Assembly: GCA_019428815.1 (NCBI GenBank)
Contig: JAHYJW010000004.1
Coordinates: 1-61,873, forward strand
Direction: 5' to 3'
Source of the DNA: Patescibacteria group bacterium
GTDB taxonomy: Archaea; Nanobdellota; Nanobdellia; Pacearchaeales; GW2011-AR1
DNA: 61,873 nt
A program made the position numbers and the translations under genes. This document shows, one piece after another, positions 1 through 9,605 of this stretch (positions are counted from its first letter, which is position 1; every line of letters starts with the position of its first letter). The notes under the pieces are model-generated. The model saw only the letters and a program-made list of their open reading frames with translations. It ran no database searches and was not told where the DNA came from.

Positions 1-493
1 TTGAAGATAAATTAAATTGAATTATCCCTCTTTTAGAATATGAAGGAGACCAGGGATAGATTTCTATTTTAACGTCATTACCATAGTTAGTATTTGGTTG
101 TCCTTGGCTCATAAAAGAATCTGCTAAAGGATAAAATGAATCAGAAAAGTTTTCAGAAGAATTTCTAAAATCATAAGTTACTAAACCTGTAGGATTAAAA
201 AGATTAATTAAAAAAGATCCAGAAAAAAGGAAAATTGAATCTAAAGTTTTATCTAAAAAAACCAGATTTCTCTGGTGAGTCTCTTTTAAGTTTAGGGTAT
301 TCTGAAAAAAGAATACCAAAAATAAAGATAAAATAACCAAAGTTAGAAGTAGGGGCAAAAATTTCTTAGGTTTTTTTTCATTTTGGTATTTACCACGATA
401 TTCACTAATTACACTACCCCCTACTTTTTTAGAATGGTAGATATAGGGGCCATAAATTTTCTCTCCTCTTTTGATATATCTTTTATAAGTCAT
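1..493 (-). CDS. Large surface protein, 5' part (runs off the window): basic GPY N-terminal motif, TM helix, DNRLRE-like domain
   Basis: Manually translated, not in the ORF track: MTYKRYIKRGEKIYGPYIYHSKKVGGSVISEYRG...FLPLLLTLVILSLFLVFFF...ADSFMSQGQPNTNYG...RGIIQFNLSS; open to position 1. Confidence 0.75.
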   Translation of the reverse strand, partial: MTYKRYIKRGEKIYGPYIYHSKKVGGSVISEYRGKYQNEKKPKKFLPLLLTLVILSLFLVFFFQNTLNLKETHQRNLVFLDKTLDSIFLFSGSFLINLFNPTGLVTYDFRNSSENFSDSFYPLADSFMSQGQPNTNYGNDVKIEIYPWSPSYSKRGIIQFNLSS

Positions 494-671
494 ATAAGGT
501 CATCCGAATCATTTTTTAAAAAATTTCAACGAGAATAAAGGGTAGTGTAACTATTTAAAATTAATCTTTCCTTATTAAAAATCCGGCTTTTGTAAACCTT
601 TAATAAAAAAGCTTTTTTATTTTAAGGCCTAAAACCACAAGTTTAATAATCCCTTTTTTCTTTTTTTATTT

Positions 672-2063
672 ATGTTTGAAAAGATTGGAGAATCATTAAG
701 AAAGGCCACAGATAAGATAGCTAACGCCATATTTCTTGATAAAAATCTTTTAGACTCTATAATAAAAGATCTTCAGAGAGCACTTATAGAAGCAGATGTA
801 AATATCTTCCTTGTTAAACAGATATCAGATAAGATTAGAAAGGGCGCATTGGATGAAAGAATTAAAGAGATAGACAAAAAAGAACATGTAATCAAACTCT
901 TACATGAAGAGTTAATGAGCCTCTTAGGAGAACATAAACAATTAAAATTAAAAAAAGAATCTGGAAAACAAGACAGAATTTTACTTTTAGGTCTTTATGG
1001 AACTGGAAAAACAACAACAATTGGGAAAATTGGGAACTATTTCTCAAAAAGAGGAAAAAAAGTCTTACTAGTGGGATTAGATACTCATAGGCCTGCTGCC
1101 CCAGAGCAACTAAAACAAATTGCAGAGAAAAATAAAATTCCATTCCTTATTGATGCTAAAGAAAAAGATCCTTTAAAAATCTGGAAAAAAAATTCTAAGA
1201 GAATAAAAGAACATGAATTAGTAGTTATAGACACTGCAGGACGCCACACCTTAGATAAACCATTAATAAAGGAGATACAAGAACTTACGAAAGAGATTAA
1301 TCCTACAGAAGTAATATTAATTATACCTGCAGATATTGGCCAAGCAGCAAAAAAACAAGCTCAAGAATTTCAAGATGCGGTAAAAATATCAGGAGTAATA
1401 ATTACCAGAATGGATTCTACTGCAAAGGGTGGGGGAGCTTTAACTGCTTGTGCAGAAACAAAAGCTCCAGTTTATTTTATAACAACAGGTGAAAAAATAA
1501 ATGACTTAGAAGAATTTAATCCTAAATCTTTTTTGTCTAGACTTCTAGGAATGGGAGATTTAGAAACATTGATGGAAAAAATAAGAACTATTAGTGATGA
1601 AAAATCACAGAAAAAGGTTCAAGAAAGTCTAAAAGAAGGGAGGTTATCCCTTGAAGATGTTGCAGAACAAGCAAAATCGATGAGTTCTTTAGGAGGATTA
1701 GACAAAATAAAATCCTTAATCCCTGGCTTTTCAAAAATAAGTAAAAAAATCCCTGAAGATTTATTAGAAAATCAAGAAGCAAGGATATCTAAGTGGCCCC
1801 ATATAATTAAATCTATGAATCGTGAAGAAATAGAAAATCCAGAAATACTTGAAAAACAAACGTCGAGAATATCTAGAATTGCAAAGGGGGCAGGAGTGCA
1901 TAACAGTGATATAAGGGCTCTTTTAAAACAGTATAAACTTCTAAACGAAATGATAAAATCTGGAGGTGGAGGAGGTTCAGATATGGGAGATATGTCTCAA
2001 GGTTTAAGTCAAAAACAAATACAAAAATTTGCAAAAAAATTTGGTAAAAAGTTAAGATTTTGA
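672..2063 (+). CDS. srp54: Signal recognition particle protein SRP54
   Basis: ALIEADVN, GLYGTGKTTT, DTHRPAA, DTAGRH and TAKGGGAL motifs; M domain with IIKSM and SRISRIAKGAG. Confidence 0.97.
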   Translation: MFEKIGESLRKATDKIANAIFLDKNLLDSIIKDLQRALIEADVNIFLVKQISDKIRKGALDERIKEIDKKEHVIKLLHEELMSLLGEHKQLKLKKESGKQDRILLLGLYGTGKTTTIGKIGNYFSKRGKKVLLVGLDTHRPAAPEQLKQIAEKNKIPFLIDAKEKDPLKIWKKNSKRIKEHELVVIDTAGRHTLDKPLIKEIQELTKEINPTEVILIIPADIGQAAKKQAQEFQDAVKISGVIITRMDSTAKGGGALTACAETKAPVYFITTGEKINDLEEFNPKSFLSRLLGMGDLETLMEKIRTISDEKSQKKVQESLKEGRLSLEDVAEQAKSMSSLGGLDKIKSLIPGFSKISKKIPEDLLENQEARISKWPHIIKSMNREEIENPEILEKQTSRISRIAKGAGVHNSDIRALLKQYKLLNEMIKSGGGGGSDMGDMSQGLSQKQIQKFAKKFGKKLRF

Positions 2064-2124
2064 AAGATTCACAAAACGATCATTCAAAAAATTCTTTATT
2101 GAATAAAAAGTTTAAAGGATTGAA

Positions 2125-2751
2125 ATGATACAAGAAAGATTAATTCAAAGAGGTTCTGAAGCAGAGATAATCCTAAGGGGGAAGGATGTTATAAAAAGAA
2201 GGATAAAAAAGTCGTATAGAATCCTAGAGTTAGATGAAAAAATAAGAAAATTAAGAACTCGTTCTGAAGCAAAACTCTTAAAAAAAGCTTCTGAGATTAT
2301 AGACACCCCAAAGTTAATTGGGGTAAATGAAAAAGAAAGAGAAATTGTTATGGACTTTATTCCAGGTAAAAGGCTTTCCCGAATATTAAATGAAATGAAT
2401 TTAAAAGAACAAAAAAAGATATGTAGGATTATTGGGGGAAATATTGCAAAAATTCATAGGTTAAATATAATTCATGGAGATATAACCACCTCTAACATGG
2501 TTTTATATGAAAAAGAAAAAACAAAGATTTTCTTTTTGGATTTTGGATTAGGATTCATAAGTCAAAAAAATGAAGATAAAGCGGTAGATATTCATTTATT
2601 GAAACAAGCAATAGAAGCAAAACATTTTCAAAACTGGAAGGAGCTATTCGAAGAGATATGTGAGGGTTATAAAACATATGAAAAAAGTAACGAAGTTTTA
2701 AATCAATTAAGAAAAGTTGAATCGAGAGGTAGATATAAAGAGAAGTATTAA
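2125..2751 (+). CDS. bud32: KEOPS complex kinase Bud32
   Basis: RGSEAEI, RTRSEAKLL, IIHGDITTSN, DFGLG, EDKAVD and C-terminal RGRY. Confidence 0.93.
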   Translation: MIQERLIQRGSEAEIILRGKDVIKRRIKKSYRILELDEKIRKLRTRSEAKLLKKASEIIDTPKLIGVNEKEREIVMDFIPGKRLSRILNEMNLKEQKKICRIIGGNIAKIHRLNIIHGDITTSNMVLYEKEKTKIFFLDFGLGFISQKNEDKAVDIHLLKQAIEAKHFQNWKELFEEICEGYKTYEKSNEVLNQLRKVESRGRYKEKY

Positions 2752-2803
2752 AAATTAAAATTAGAAATCCTTATAAATTGATTTTATATCTTGTTCTTGT
2801 AAT

Positions 2804-2912
2804 AGCCCTGTCGTCTAGCGGTCAAATCTTCAAGTGCTATAAAAGGTACAGAAGAGACTATAGATACAAGCCTTTGGAGCTTGTGACCCAGGTTCGAATC
2901 CTGGCAGGGCTA
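2804..2912 (+). tRNA. tRNA-Gln(TTG) with a 36-nt D-loop intron (about 2826-2861)
   Basis: Acceptor AGCCCTG/CAGGGCT, anticodon arm CAAGC-CTTTGGA-GCTTG, T arm CCAGG-TTCGAAT-CCTGG; removing 2826-2861 gives a 73-nt cloverleaf. Confidence 0.92.
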
Positions 2913-3466
2913 TTTCATCACTTTACCGCCAAAAGTTTGTAAATTAAAATTTATTTTTAATACCCCCTCTTGTTTAAATTAATAATATTTTCTCTTAAGC
3001 AATTTTTCAAACATTAATTCAATTCTATTTAATCTTGGATCTTCTCTTATTTTTCTCCTGCAGATTTCAAAGAGACTAATCCTCCTTAAATACTTCAAGT
3101 TTAATTTTATTTTTATTCTCAATTTCAATGGTAATGTAGATTCTATAATTTTTAATTCCCATTTTTATATCCATTTAATTTAATTTCTAACTCCATAATG
3201 TTTTTGCCCGTTTCTATAAGTTTTTCTTATATATCTTTCATATGCTCTCTCAAGATATTTCAACTTCTTAATGAATTCTCCCCCCCCCAAATCCGAATTA
3301 ATTCAAAATTCATAAAATTCTTTTGATGAAATATTTTTTAAGAATTGTTTAACTCAGAGCTACCAATCGTAAGGGGATAGTCCCGTTCAATAGTTTCATT
3401 TCAGGAGAAATTTTCAAAATTTCAGATACCAAAAAATTTAAATATCTTATTACTTATATAAGTAAG

Positions 3467-4024
3467 ATGTTACTTAATAACAATGTATTCAAGATTTTAT
3501 CAGAATTTTCCGGGGATTATTCTAAAAAAATTTATGGTGGAAAAATAGCAAGAAAACTAAAAATGAATCAAAAAACGGTTTCAAATATTCTTAATTCTCT
3601 TGAAAAGCAAAATATTCTTAAGTATTCTACAGAAGGAAAAAACAAATACTATTTTTTAAATAAACTGAACATTCAAGTTCCTGATTTGTTAAAAATTATA
3701 GAAATTGCGAGGAAAAACGAATTTATTAAAAAATATTCAAATATCAAGGAGCTATTTGTTGAACTTGAGAAAAGATCTTCGGGGATACTTGTCATTTTTG
3801 GGAGTTATGCTAATCTTACAAATAATGAGAAATCAGACTTAGATATTTTCTTAATAGGTAAGATTAAAGAGTTTAACGAATTAGAAGAAAAATATCATAT
3901 AAAAATAAATTTAATTAAATTAAACAAAGATAAGTTTAATAAAGAAGACATTTTCATAAAAGAGGTAATTAAGAATCACATAATTTTAGAAGGAGTTGAG
4001 AAATTTATTGAATTAATATGGTAA
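3467..4024 (+). CDS. wHTH + minimal nucleotidyltransferase (MNT) antitoxin
   Basis: N-terminal HTH (IARKLKMNQKTVSNILNSLEK); FGSYANLTNNEKSDLD fits GSx10DxD. Confidence 0.88.
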   Translation: MLLNNNVFKILSEFSGDYSKKIYGGKIARKLKMNQKTVSNILNSLEKQNILKYSTEGKNKYYFLNKLNIQVPDLLKIIEIARKNEFIKKYSNIKELFVELEKRSSGILVIFGSYANLTNNEKSDLDIFLIGKIKEFNELEEKYHIKINLIKLNKDKFNKEDIFIKEVIKNHIILEGVEKFIELIW

Positions 4025-4464
4025 GTTTAAAATGGTGCTGTAACAAAAAAGAGGGTATTAAACTTATTGAGCCAAACGAAAATCTTTCTGAAGGATACAT
4101 CCAGATGGCTGAAAATGCAATGGGGACAATGAATCGCGAGAAAAGATTAAATATCCAATTTGCAATTTCTGCAGGTTATTATTCTATGTATTATTCTCTT
4201 TATTCTGTTTTAATGAAAATTGGAGTAAAATCTGAAATTCATACGTGCAGCTTAGAGTTTATGAAAAAACTTTTATCCAATTTTTATTCTAAGGAAGATT
4301 GTAAAATAATAGAGATAGCTTTTGAGGTCAGAAATCTTTCGCAGTATTATGTAAATAAGATTATTGCAAAAGAAGACATTGAGTTTATTTTCTTAAAAGC
4401 ACAATATTTCTTAAGTAAATCAAAAGATATTTTATCCAGACTCAATGAAAAAGATATTTTATAA
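4018..4464 (+). CDS. HEPN domain protein (putative toxin)
   Basis: Overlaps the MNT stop; AGYYSMYYS, KSEIHTC and an RNLSQY (Rx4Y) motif. Confidence 0.85.
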   Translation: MVSLKWCCNKKEGIKLIEPNENLSEGYIQMAENAMGTMNREKRLNIQFAISAGYYSMYYSLYSVLMKIGVKSEIHTCSLEFMKKLLSNFYSKEDCKIIEIAFEVRNLSQYYVNKIIAKEDIEFIFLKAQYFLSKSKDILSRLNEKDIL

Positions 4465-4792
4465 ATTAGAAAGCAAATAAAAATGCGGATAAATTAGCAT
4501 TTTGCAGGAATTTCAAAGAGCTAATAGATTGTATAAAAAAACTTAAAGATAACTCCCTTATGTTGATATTGAAGTGGCGGTACTCTAAAAAACTGGGTAT
4601 GAATTCTATTCAACACACTAATTGTAGTAATCTTAAACAAGACTTAAGTTCTTTTGACATTTCTCTTGATTAATCGACTAACCACCCTATACAATCTTCC
4701 CAGATAATATTTATAAATCGTCCCAATCACAAACGCAATAAACCAAAATAACACCCCAAGAAATCGTCGTGGTGATCAGGGGTCTGGCAGGG

Positions 4793-5590
4793 CTATTCAC
4801 CAAAAAACCGTTTATAAAATATTTCCCTGTTTATTTCCTGCCTACTGGGCGTAATACTTCTAAATAAATTCCTAATAGAATCTGAGTGATATTTTTCTTC
4901 AATTAATGCCGCGGCTAATTTCTTATATTCAATGCTCCCTCGAGATCCAGGCTTATGTCTAGTATAGGGTGTCATATTAGAAAGAGATTTTAACATGTTC
5001 TTATCATAAGGAATAACTGCCAATATCGGAACATCTAAGGTATCCTCTACTCCTGCAAAAGAAATTTCAAAATTTTTATGGTGTACCTTGTTTAAAATAA
5101 GTCCTGAAAGAGGAGTGCCTCTTTGTTTTGCAAGATTTATTGCTTTTATTGTTGCACTTAATGTAGGGTGATCCGGAGTAGTAACCACAATAAGTTCATC
5201 TGAAGCTAAAATAACCGCAAGAGTTTCTTCATCAAGAGATGGAGAAGAATCTAATAAGATAACATCATATTTTTTCTTTAAAGATGCAATTCTATTTTTT
5301 AATTGCAAGGGGTTAACATCTATTTTTTCAAAGATTGAAGCGGGCATTATATGAAAATTTTCATGATTATAAATTGCTTCACTAACATCTGCTTTTCTTG
5401 CTAAAACATGATGTAAAGTTTTTTCTGGTTCAATTATATTCAGATGAAGTCCAAGGTTAGGAGAAGAAAGATTTCCATCAATCAATAAAACTTTTTTTCC
5501 AAAATCTGAAATGGCAGAACCTAAAGAAACAACAGAACTAGTTTTCCCAACACCTCCTTTTAAGCTTATAATACCTACTACTTTACCCAT
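4793..5590 (-). CDS. minD: MinD/ParA-family ATPase
   Basis: Deviant Walker A KGGVGKTS, LIDGNLSSPNL, DVILLDSSP. Confidence 0.88.
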   Translation of the reverse strand: MGKVVGIISLKGGVGKTSSVVSLGSAISDFGKKVLLIDGNLSSPNLGLHLNIIEPEKTLHHVLARKADVSEAIYNHENFHIMPASIFEKIDVNPLQLKNRIASLKKKYDVILLDSSPSLDEETLAVILASDELIVVTTPDHPTLSATIKAINLAKQRGTPLSGLILNKVHHKNFEISFAGVEDTLDVPILAVIPYDKNMLKSLSNMTPYTRHKPGSRGSIEYKKLAAALIEEKYHSDSIRNLFRSITPSRQEINREIFYKRFFGE

Positions 5591-5696
5591 AATTTTTCAC
5601 CTATATAAGGAATAATTTAACCGTATTTAAATCTTTTATGTTTTACCTTATAAAGTAGATAACAAAGTTTAAAAACCGGGCATTTCATTTAATAAA

Positions 5697-6062
5697 ATGC
5701 CAAAAAAATCAAACGTAAAAAAAGAAGAAAAAGACAAAATTGAAAAAAAAATCAAGAAGTTATCAAATGAAGAATTTGAAAAAAAAGTCTTAGAACTTGC
5801 AAAGGGAGGGTTAACTTCTGAAAAAATTGGAGAAAAGTTAAGAAAAGAAGGTATTCACCCAAAAGACTATGAAAAAAAGATTTTAAAAATTCTTAAAGAA
5901 AGTGGAGTAGAAATTATCCCAGATGTAAAAAATGTCTCTGAAAAACTAGATAGAATAAAAAAACATTACGAAAAGAATAAACAAGATAAAAGAGCAATGA
6001 GAGATAGAGACAGGGTTTTTTCCCAATTGAGGAGACTTAAGAAGTATCACAAAGTTTCCTAA
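5697..6062 (+). CDS. rps15: 30S ribosomal protein uS15 (S15/S13e), shortened
   Basis: LAKGGLTSEKIGEKLR, KHYEKNKQDK and LRRLKKYH; archaeal synteny with the DHH gene. Confidence 0.85.
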   Translation: MPKKSNVKKEEKDKIEKKIKKLSNEEFEKKVLELAKGGLTSEKIGEKLRKEGIHPKDYEKKILKILKESGVEIIPDVKNVSEKLDRIKKHYEKNKQDKRAMRDRDRVFSQLRRLKKYHKVS

Positions 6063-6164
6063 AACTCAATTTTATTTTAAAAATTATTAAATCTGTTTGA
6101 TTTAATCTAAGGCACGATATAAAAATCGTTAATTAAAAATTAATTTATTTTTAAAGGAGGTAAA

Positions 6165-7496
6165 ATGAATAAAAGTCTTAAAGAAGACATAAAAGTTATA
6201 GCAAAAAAGTTTCTAGAAAAGACTAGTAATGAAGAAATACAGATTATAAGTCATTTTGATACAGATGGAATAACCTCTGCTTCGATAATGATTCAAACAT
6301 TAAAAAAATTAGACATAAGATTTTCTTTAAAAATATTAAAATCCCTAGAAGAAAAATTTATTCCAAGTTTACCTAAAGATAAAATCATCCTCTTTTTAGA
6401 TTTAGCTTCTGGAAGTTTAAATCACTTAAAAAATGCAGGATTAAAAGAGGTTTTTATAATTGATCACCATGAAGTTGTAGAAAAAGTTCCCGAAGGAATA
6501 AACATCATAAATCCCTGGTTTAATGAAAAAGAAAAATTAAGCGGTTCGGGATTAGTTTATTTATTCTGCAATGAACTTGATCAAAATAATACTCATTTAG
6601 GGAAACTAGCTTTATTGGGGATGATAGGTGATATAATGGAATCTCCCTTAGAAAATCTAGGGGATTCTTTAAAACTGAATAAAGATATAAAAAAGATTAA
6701 AGGATTATTAATTTACCCTTATACCCGCCCCTTAAATAAGGTTTTGGAATATAATTCTCAACCCTATATTCCTAGTGTAACTGGAAATCCTTCAGGGGTT
6801 GTTGAACTTCTAAGAGAATGTGGTATTGAACCCCTTAAAGGGAAATATAAAAGTCTTATTGAACTAACTGAAGACGAAATGAAAAGATTAACAACTTCAA
6901 TTATTCTGAGAAGCCCAAGATCGAAAAATAAAGAGATGATAGGAGACATCTTTCTATTAAAATTTTTCAATAAGTTAGAAGACGCTCGTGAGCTAAGTGC
7001 AATGATTAATGCCTGTTCAAGACTCGGTCGGAGTGATATTGCTCTAAAATTCTGTTTAGAAATTCCTGGTTCGAGAAAAGAAGCTGAAGAAATCCATGCG
7101 GAATATAAACAACATCTCATATCTGGATTAAATCTAGTATCCAAAATAGAAAAAGTAGAGGGGAAGGGATTTGTTATAATAAATGTGAGGGATCAAATAA
7201 AAGATACAATAATCGGTACAATTGCTAGTATTTTGCAAAATTCTTTTGGTTATGAAGAAGGGACTATTATCGCTACAATGGCTTATTATGAGGACAAAAT
7301 AAAAGTTTCTGCGAGAAATGTCGGTAGAAGCGGGCGTAATGTAAGAAAGATATTAAATCAGGTTATAAAAGACATCGGTGAAGGAGAAAGTGGAGGACAC
7401 GAGTTTGCAGCAGGGTGTATTGTAAAACAGAAAAAAGAAAAGGAATTAATAGAAAATTTAAAGAAAAATTTAGAAATTGAAATGGTAAAAATTTAG
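6165..7496 (+). CDS. RecJ-like DHH/DHHA1 phosphoesterase
   Basis: SHFDTDG, FLDLASG, IIDHH, GDI, KVSAR and GGHEFAAG motifs. Confidence 0.92.
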   Translation: MNKSLKEDIKVIAKKFLEKTSNEEIQIISHFDTDGITSASIMIQTLKKLDIRFSLKILKSLEEKFIPSLPKDKIILFLDLASGSLNHLKNAGLKEVFIIDHHEVVEKVPEGINIINPWFNEKEKLSGSGLVYLFCNELDQNNTHLGKLALLGMIGDIMESPLENLGDSLKLNKDIKKIKGLLIYPYTRPLNKVLEYNSQPYIPSVTGNPSGVVELLRECGIEPLKGKYKSLIELTEDEMKRLTTSIILRSPRSKNKEMIGDIFLLKFFNKLEDARELSAMINACSRLGRSDIALKFCLEIPGSRKEAEEIHAEYKQHLISGLNLVSKIEKVEGKGFVIINVRDQIKDTIIGTIASILQNSFGYEEGTIIATMAYYEDKIKVSARNVGRSGRNVRKILNQVIKDIGEGESGGHEFAAGCIVKQKKEKELIENLKKNLEIEMVKI

Positions 7497-7632
7497 CTTC
7501 TTCTTCATTCAAAATTAATCTGAATTTTAAAAAATTCCCCCTAATTAATTTTTTATCATTAAAGTTTTAAAGTAAAAGTTTTAGAATAATTCTAATCACA
7601 ACCCTTAAAAACAAGACGAATTAGATATTAAT

Positions 7633-8352
7633 ATGGATATTGGATTAGAAATAGGAGATGTCTTATTATGTACTGTAGATAGGATAGTGGGGACTAATGT
7701 TTTTGTTAAAATCCCCATAAGGGATAAGGAGATTGAGGGGTATCTGGTTACTAGCGAGATTGCCCCGGGAAGAATAAGAAACCTTAGAGATTATGTTTTT
7801 CCTAAGAAAAAAATTGTTTGTAAAGTATTAAGGATTTCTGGGGATAGGATTGAATTATCCTTAAGAAGGGTTAAAAAACAAGAGGAAAAAGAAGTTAAAG
7901 ATAAAGAAAAGCAAGAAAAAAGTTACGAAAGAATTCTAAAGAGTATTATTAGTAATGAAAGTTTGAATATTTTGGGGGATATAAAAAGAACAGGAAGTAT
8001 CTATGATTTTATGCAAAAAGCAAAGGAAAATTCTGAGGAAATTGAAAAGATGTTCGGAAAAGAGAATGCAAAAAAAATAATCGAAATATTAAATTCACAA
8101 AAACAGAAAAAATCTGTTTTGAAAAAAGAGATACAACTTACAACAACTAATATCAGGGGCATTAAAGATATAAAAGAGTTACTGAATCAGTTAAAAGATA
8201 TAGAAATTAAGTACATCTCTGCGGGAAAATATTCATTAAAAAAAGAGTCTGAGGACATTAAAAAAGCAGATCATGAATTATCAGAGATCTTGTCTGAGAT
8301 GGAAAAAAAAGCAAAAATAAAAGAGATGGATTTTAGTGTACAGAAAAAATAA
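7633..8352 (+). CDS. eif2a: Translation initiation factor aIF-2 alpha
   Basis: S1 domain with SEIAPGRIRNLRDYV and IELSLRRV; YISAGKY. Confidence 0.88.
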   Translation: MDIGLEIGDVLLCTVDRIVGTNVFVKIPIRDKEIEGYLVTSEIAPGRIRNLRDYVFPKKKIVCKVLRISGDRIELSLRRVKKQEEKEVKDKEKQEKSYERILKSIISNESLNILGDIKRTGSIYDFMQKAKENSEEIEKMFGKENAKKIIEILNSQKQKKSVLKKEIQLTTTNIRGIKDIKELLNQLKDIEIKYISAGKYSLKKESEDIKKADHELSEILSEMEKKAKIKEMDFSVQKK

Positions 8353-8473
8353 ATCTAAGTTTAGCATTATTCAGAAGTAAAAATAAATCTAAAAAAAATT
8401 ATATTTTTTTATATCGTGAAAATAACAATCACAAAGCTTAAAAGTAGAGATTTTTATCAAATATTATAATAAA

Positions 8474-8890
8474 ATGACAAATAAAGAATTTGGAGAATTC
8501 AATGTCGTATTATTGGGAATTGTTTTTGATACTAAAAAGAGAAAAATCTTAATTGGAAAAAGAGATGAAGATCCCCACATCTCTAAATTAAAATGGTGTT
8601 TTCCGGGGGGGAGATTAGAAGAAGGGGGGAATGTTGAAGAAACGCTTAAAAAGAGGATAAAGGAAAAAACAGGTTTAGACGTTGAAAATTTGGGGTCTAT
8701 TTATTCAAGAGTTCCTCCTGAAAAAGACGATTTATTGTTGATATACTTTCTTTGTGAGGTCACAGGAGGTAAAGAAAAAGCAGGCGATGATTTAAAGGAA
8801 CTGAAATGGGTTAGCCCAGAAGAAGTAGAAAGTCACTTTACAACATCTTTTCACCCTCACGTAAAAGAGTATGTTTTAAATTTAAAGTAA
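8474..8890 (+). CDS. NUDIX-family protein (degenerate Nudix box)
   Basis: WCFPGGRLEEGGNVEETLKKRIKEKTGL; ELKWV. Confidence 0.8.
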   Translation: MTNKEFGEFNVVLLGIVFDTKKRKILIGKRDEDPHISKLKWCFPGGRLEEGGNVEETLKKRIKEKTGLDVENLGSIYSRVPPEKDDLLLIYFLCEVTGGKEKAGDDLKELKWVSPEEVESHFTTSFHPHVKEYVLNLK

Positions 8891-8943
8891 AAAAGGATTA
8901 AAATTAAATTAAAGATTTAATTAATTTAAAAAATCCAAAAAAA

Positions 8944-9528
8944 CTAATTTTCTATATCCGTTTGTTTTTCTTTAGAAAGCTTACCAGAGCTCATATCAAG
9001 ATTATATCTTAAAATATGAACCGGTTTACCATATTTTAAAGCATTAAAAATTGTGTTTTGGGTCCCCGGAGTCATATTAACCTGAAAAGCATATAACTCA
9101 TCACAATCTTTAGCAATTTGTTCATTTCTTGCATAATAACTATCCTTGTTAACCTCTTTACTCCCCCAATCATCTAGGATACAATCTAAGGAGATTTTTT
9201 GAATAAAGTTTAATTGAGATACCAAATCATGAACCCTTTCTTTTTTCACGACTTTTTGGTTAGCTCTCATATAAAGATACTCTGAATAAGTTTTCAGATT
9301 GGTGGGTAAATATAATCTTAATTGATTTTTAATTGCCTCTTCATCCAAATTATCTAAAACTGTTTGAGTGGCAAAATAATCAACCCCCAAAGCTCCTCCT
9401 GTAATAATTCCATTACCTTCTAAAATTATTTCCCTAACTTTATTCTCTACATCTTTTTCAATTTCCGGATGATTATATCTCCAAGAACCACTAATTCCTA
9501 CCCATAAAAAATTCTCTTTATTTTCCAT
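8944..9528 (-). CDS. SLOG-superfamily protein (DprA/Smf/YspA-like)
   Basis: GISGSWR, ITGGALGVD, YYARNEQIA and GTQNTIFNALKYGKPV. Confidence 0.8.
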   Translation of the reverse strand: MENKENFLWVGISGSWRYNHPEIEKDVENKVREIILEGNGIITGGALGVDYFATQTVLDNLDEEAIKNQLRLYLPTNLKTYSEYLYMRANQKVVKKERVHDLVSQLNFIQKISLDCILDDWGSKEVNKDSYYARNEQIAKDCDELYAFQVNMTPGTQNTIFNALKYGKPVHILRYNLDMSSGKLSKEKQTDIEN

Positions 9529-9605
9529 TAAAATCTATTAAGTATTTTGTATATAAAAAAGGAAAAATAAGAGTATTTAAAATTAGAGGTTACTAAGAAT
9601 ATATT

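Larger units (their letters stand above)
2901..4797. mobile_element. tRNA-Gln-anchored mini-island (about 1.9 kb) carrying MNT-HEPN
   Basis: Exact 14-bp direct repeat CTGGCAGGGCTATT at 2901-2914 (tRNA 3' end) and 4784-4797; no integrase inside. Confidence 0.7.

Noticed and set aside
2930-3420. Possible decayed gene on the minus strand inside the tRNA-Gln islet, with a poly-C tract near 3280
   Set aside because: Only short broken frames are present, with no recognisable family and no integrase motifs; it cannot be called.
4500-4780. Possible pseudogene or ncRNA between HEPN and the att repeat
   Set aside because: No sustained ORF or convincing structure; only the 14-bp tRNA-end copy is supported.
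4793-5590. Plasmid or prophage ParA belonging to the islet
   Set aside because: It lies outside the att repeat, resembles chromosomal archaeal MinD, and has no ParB or replication gene nearby.
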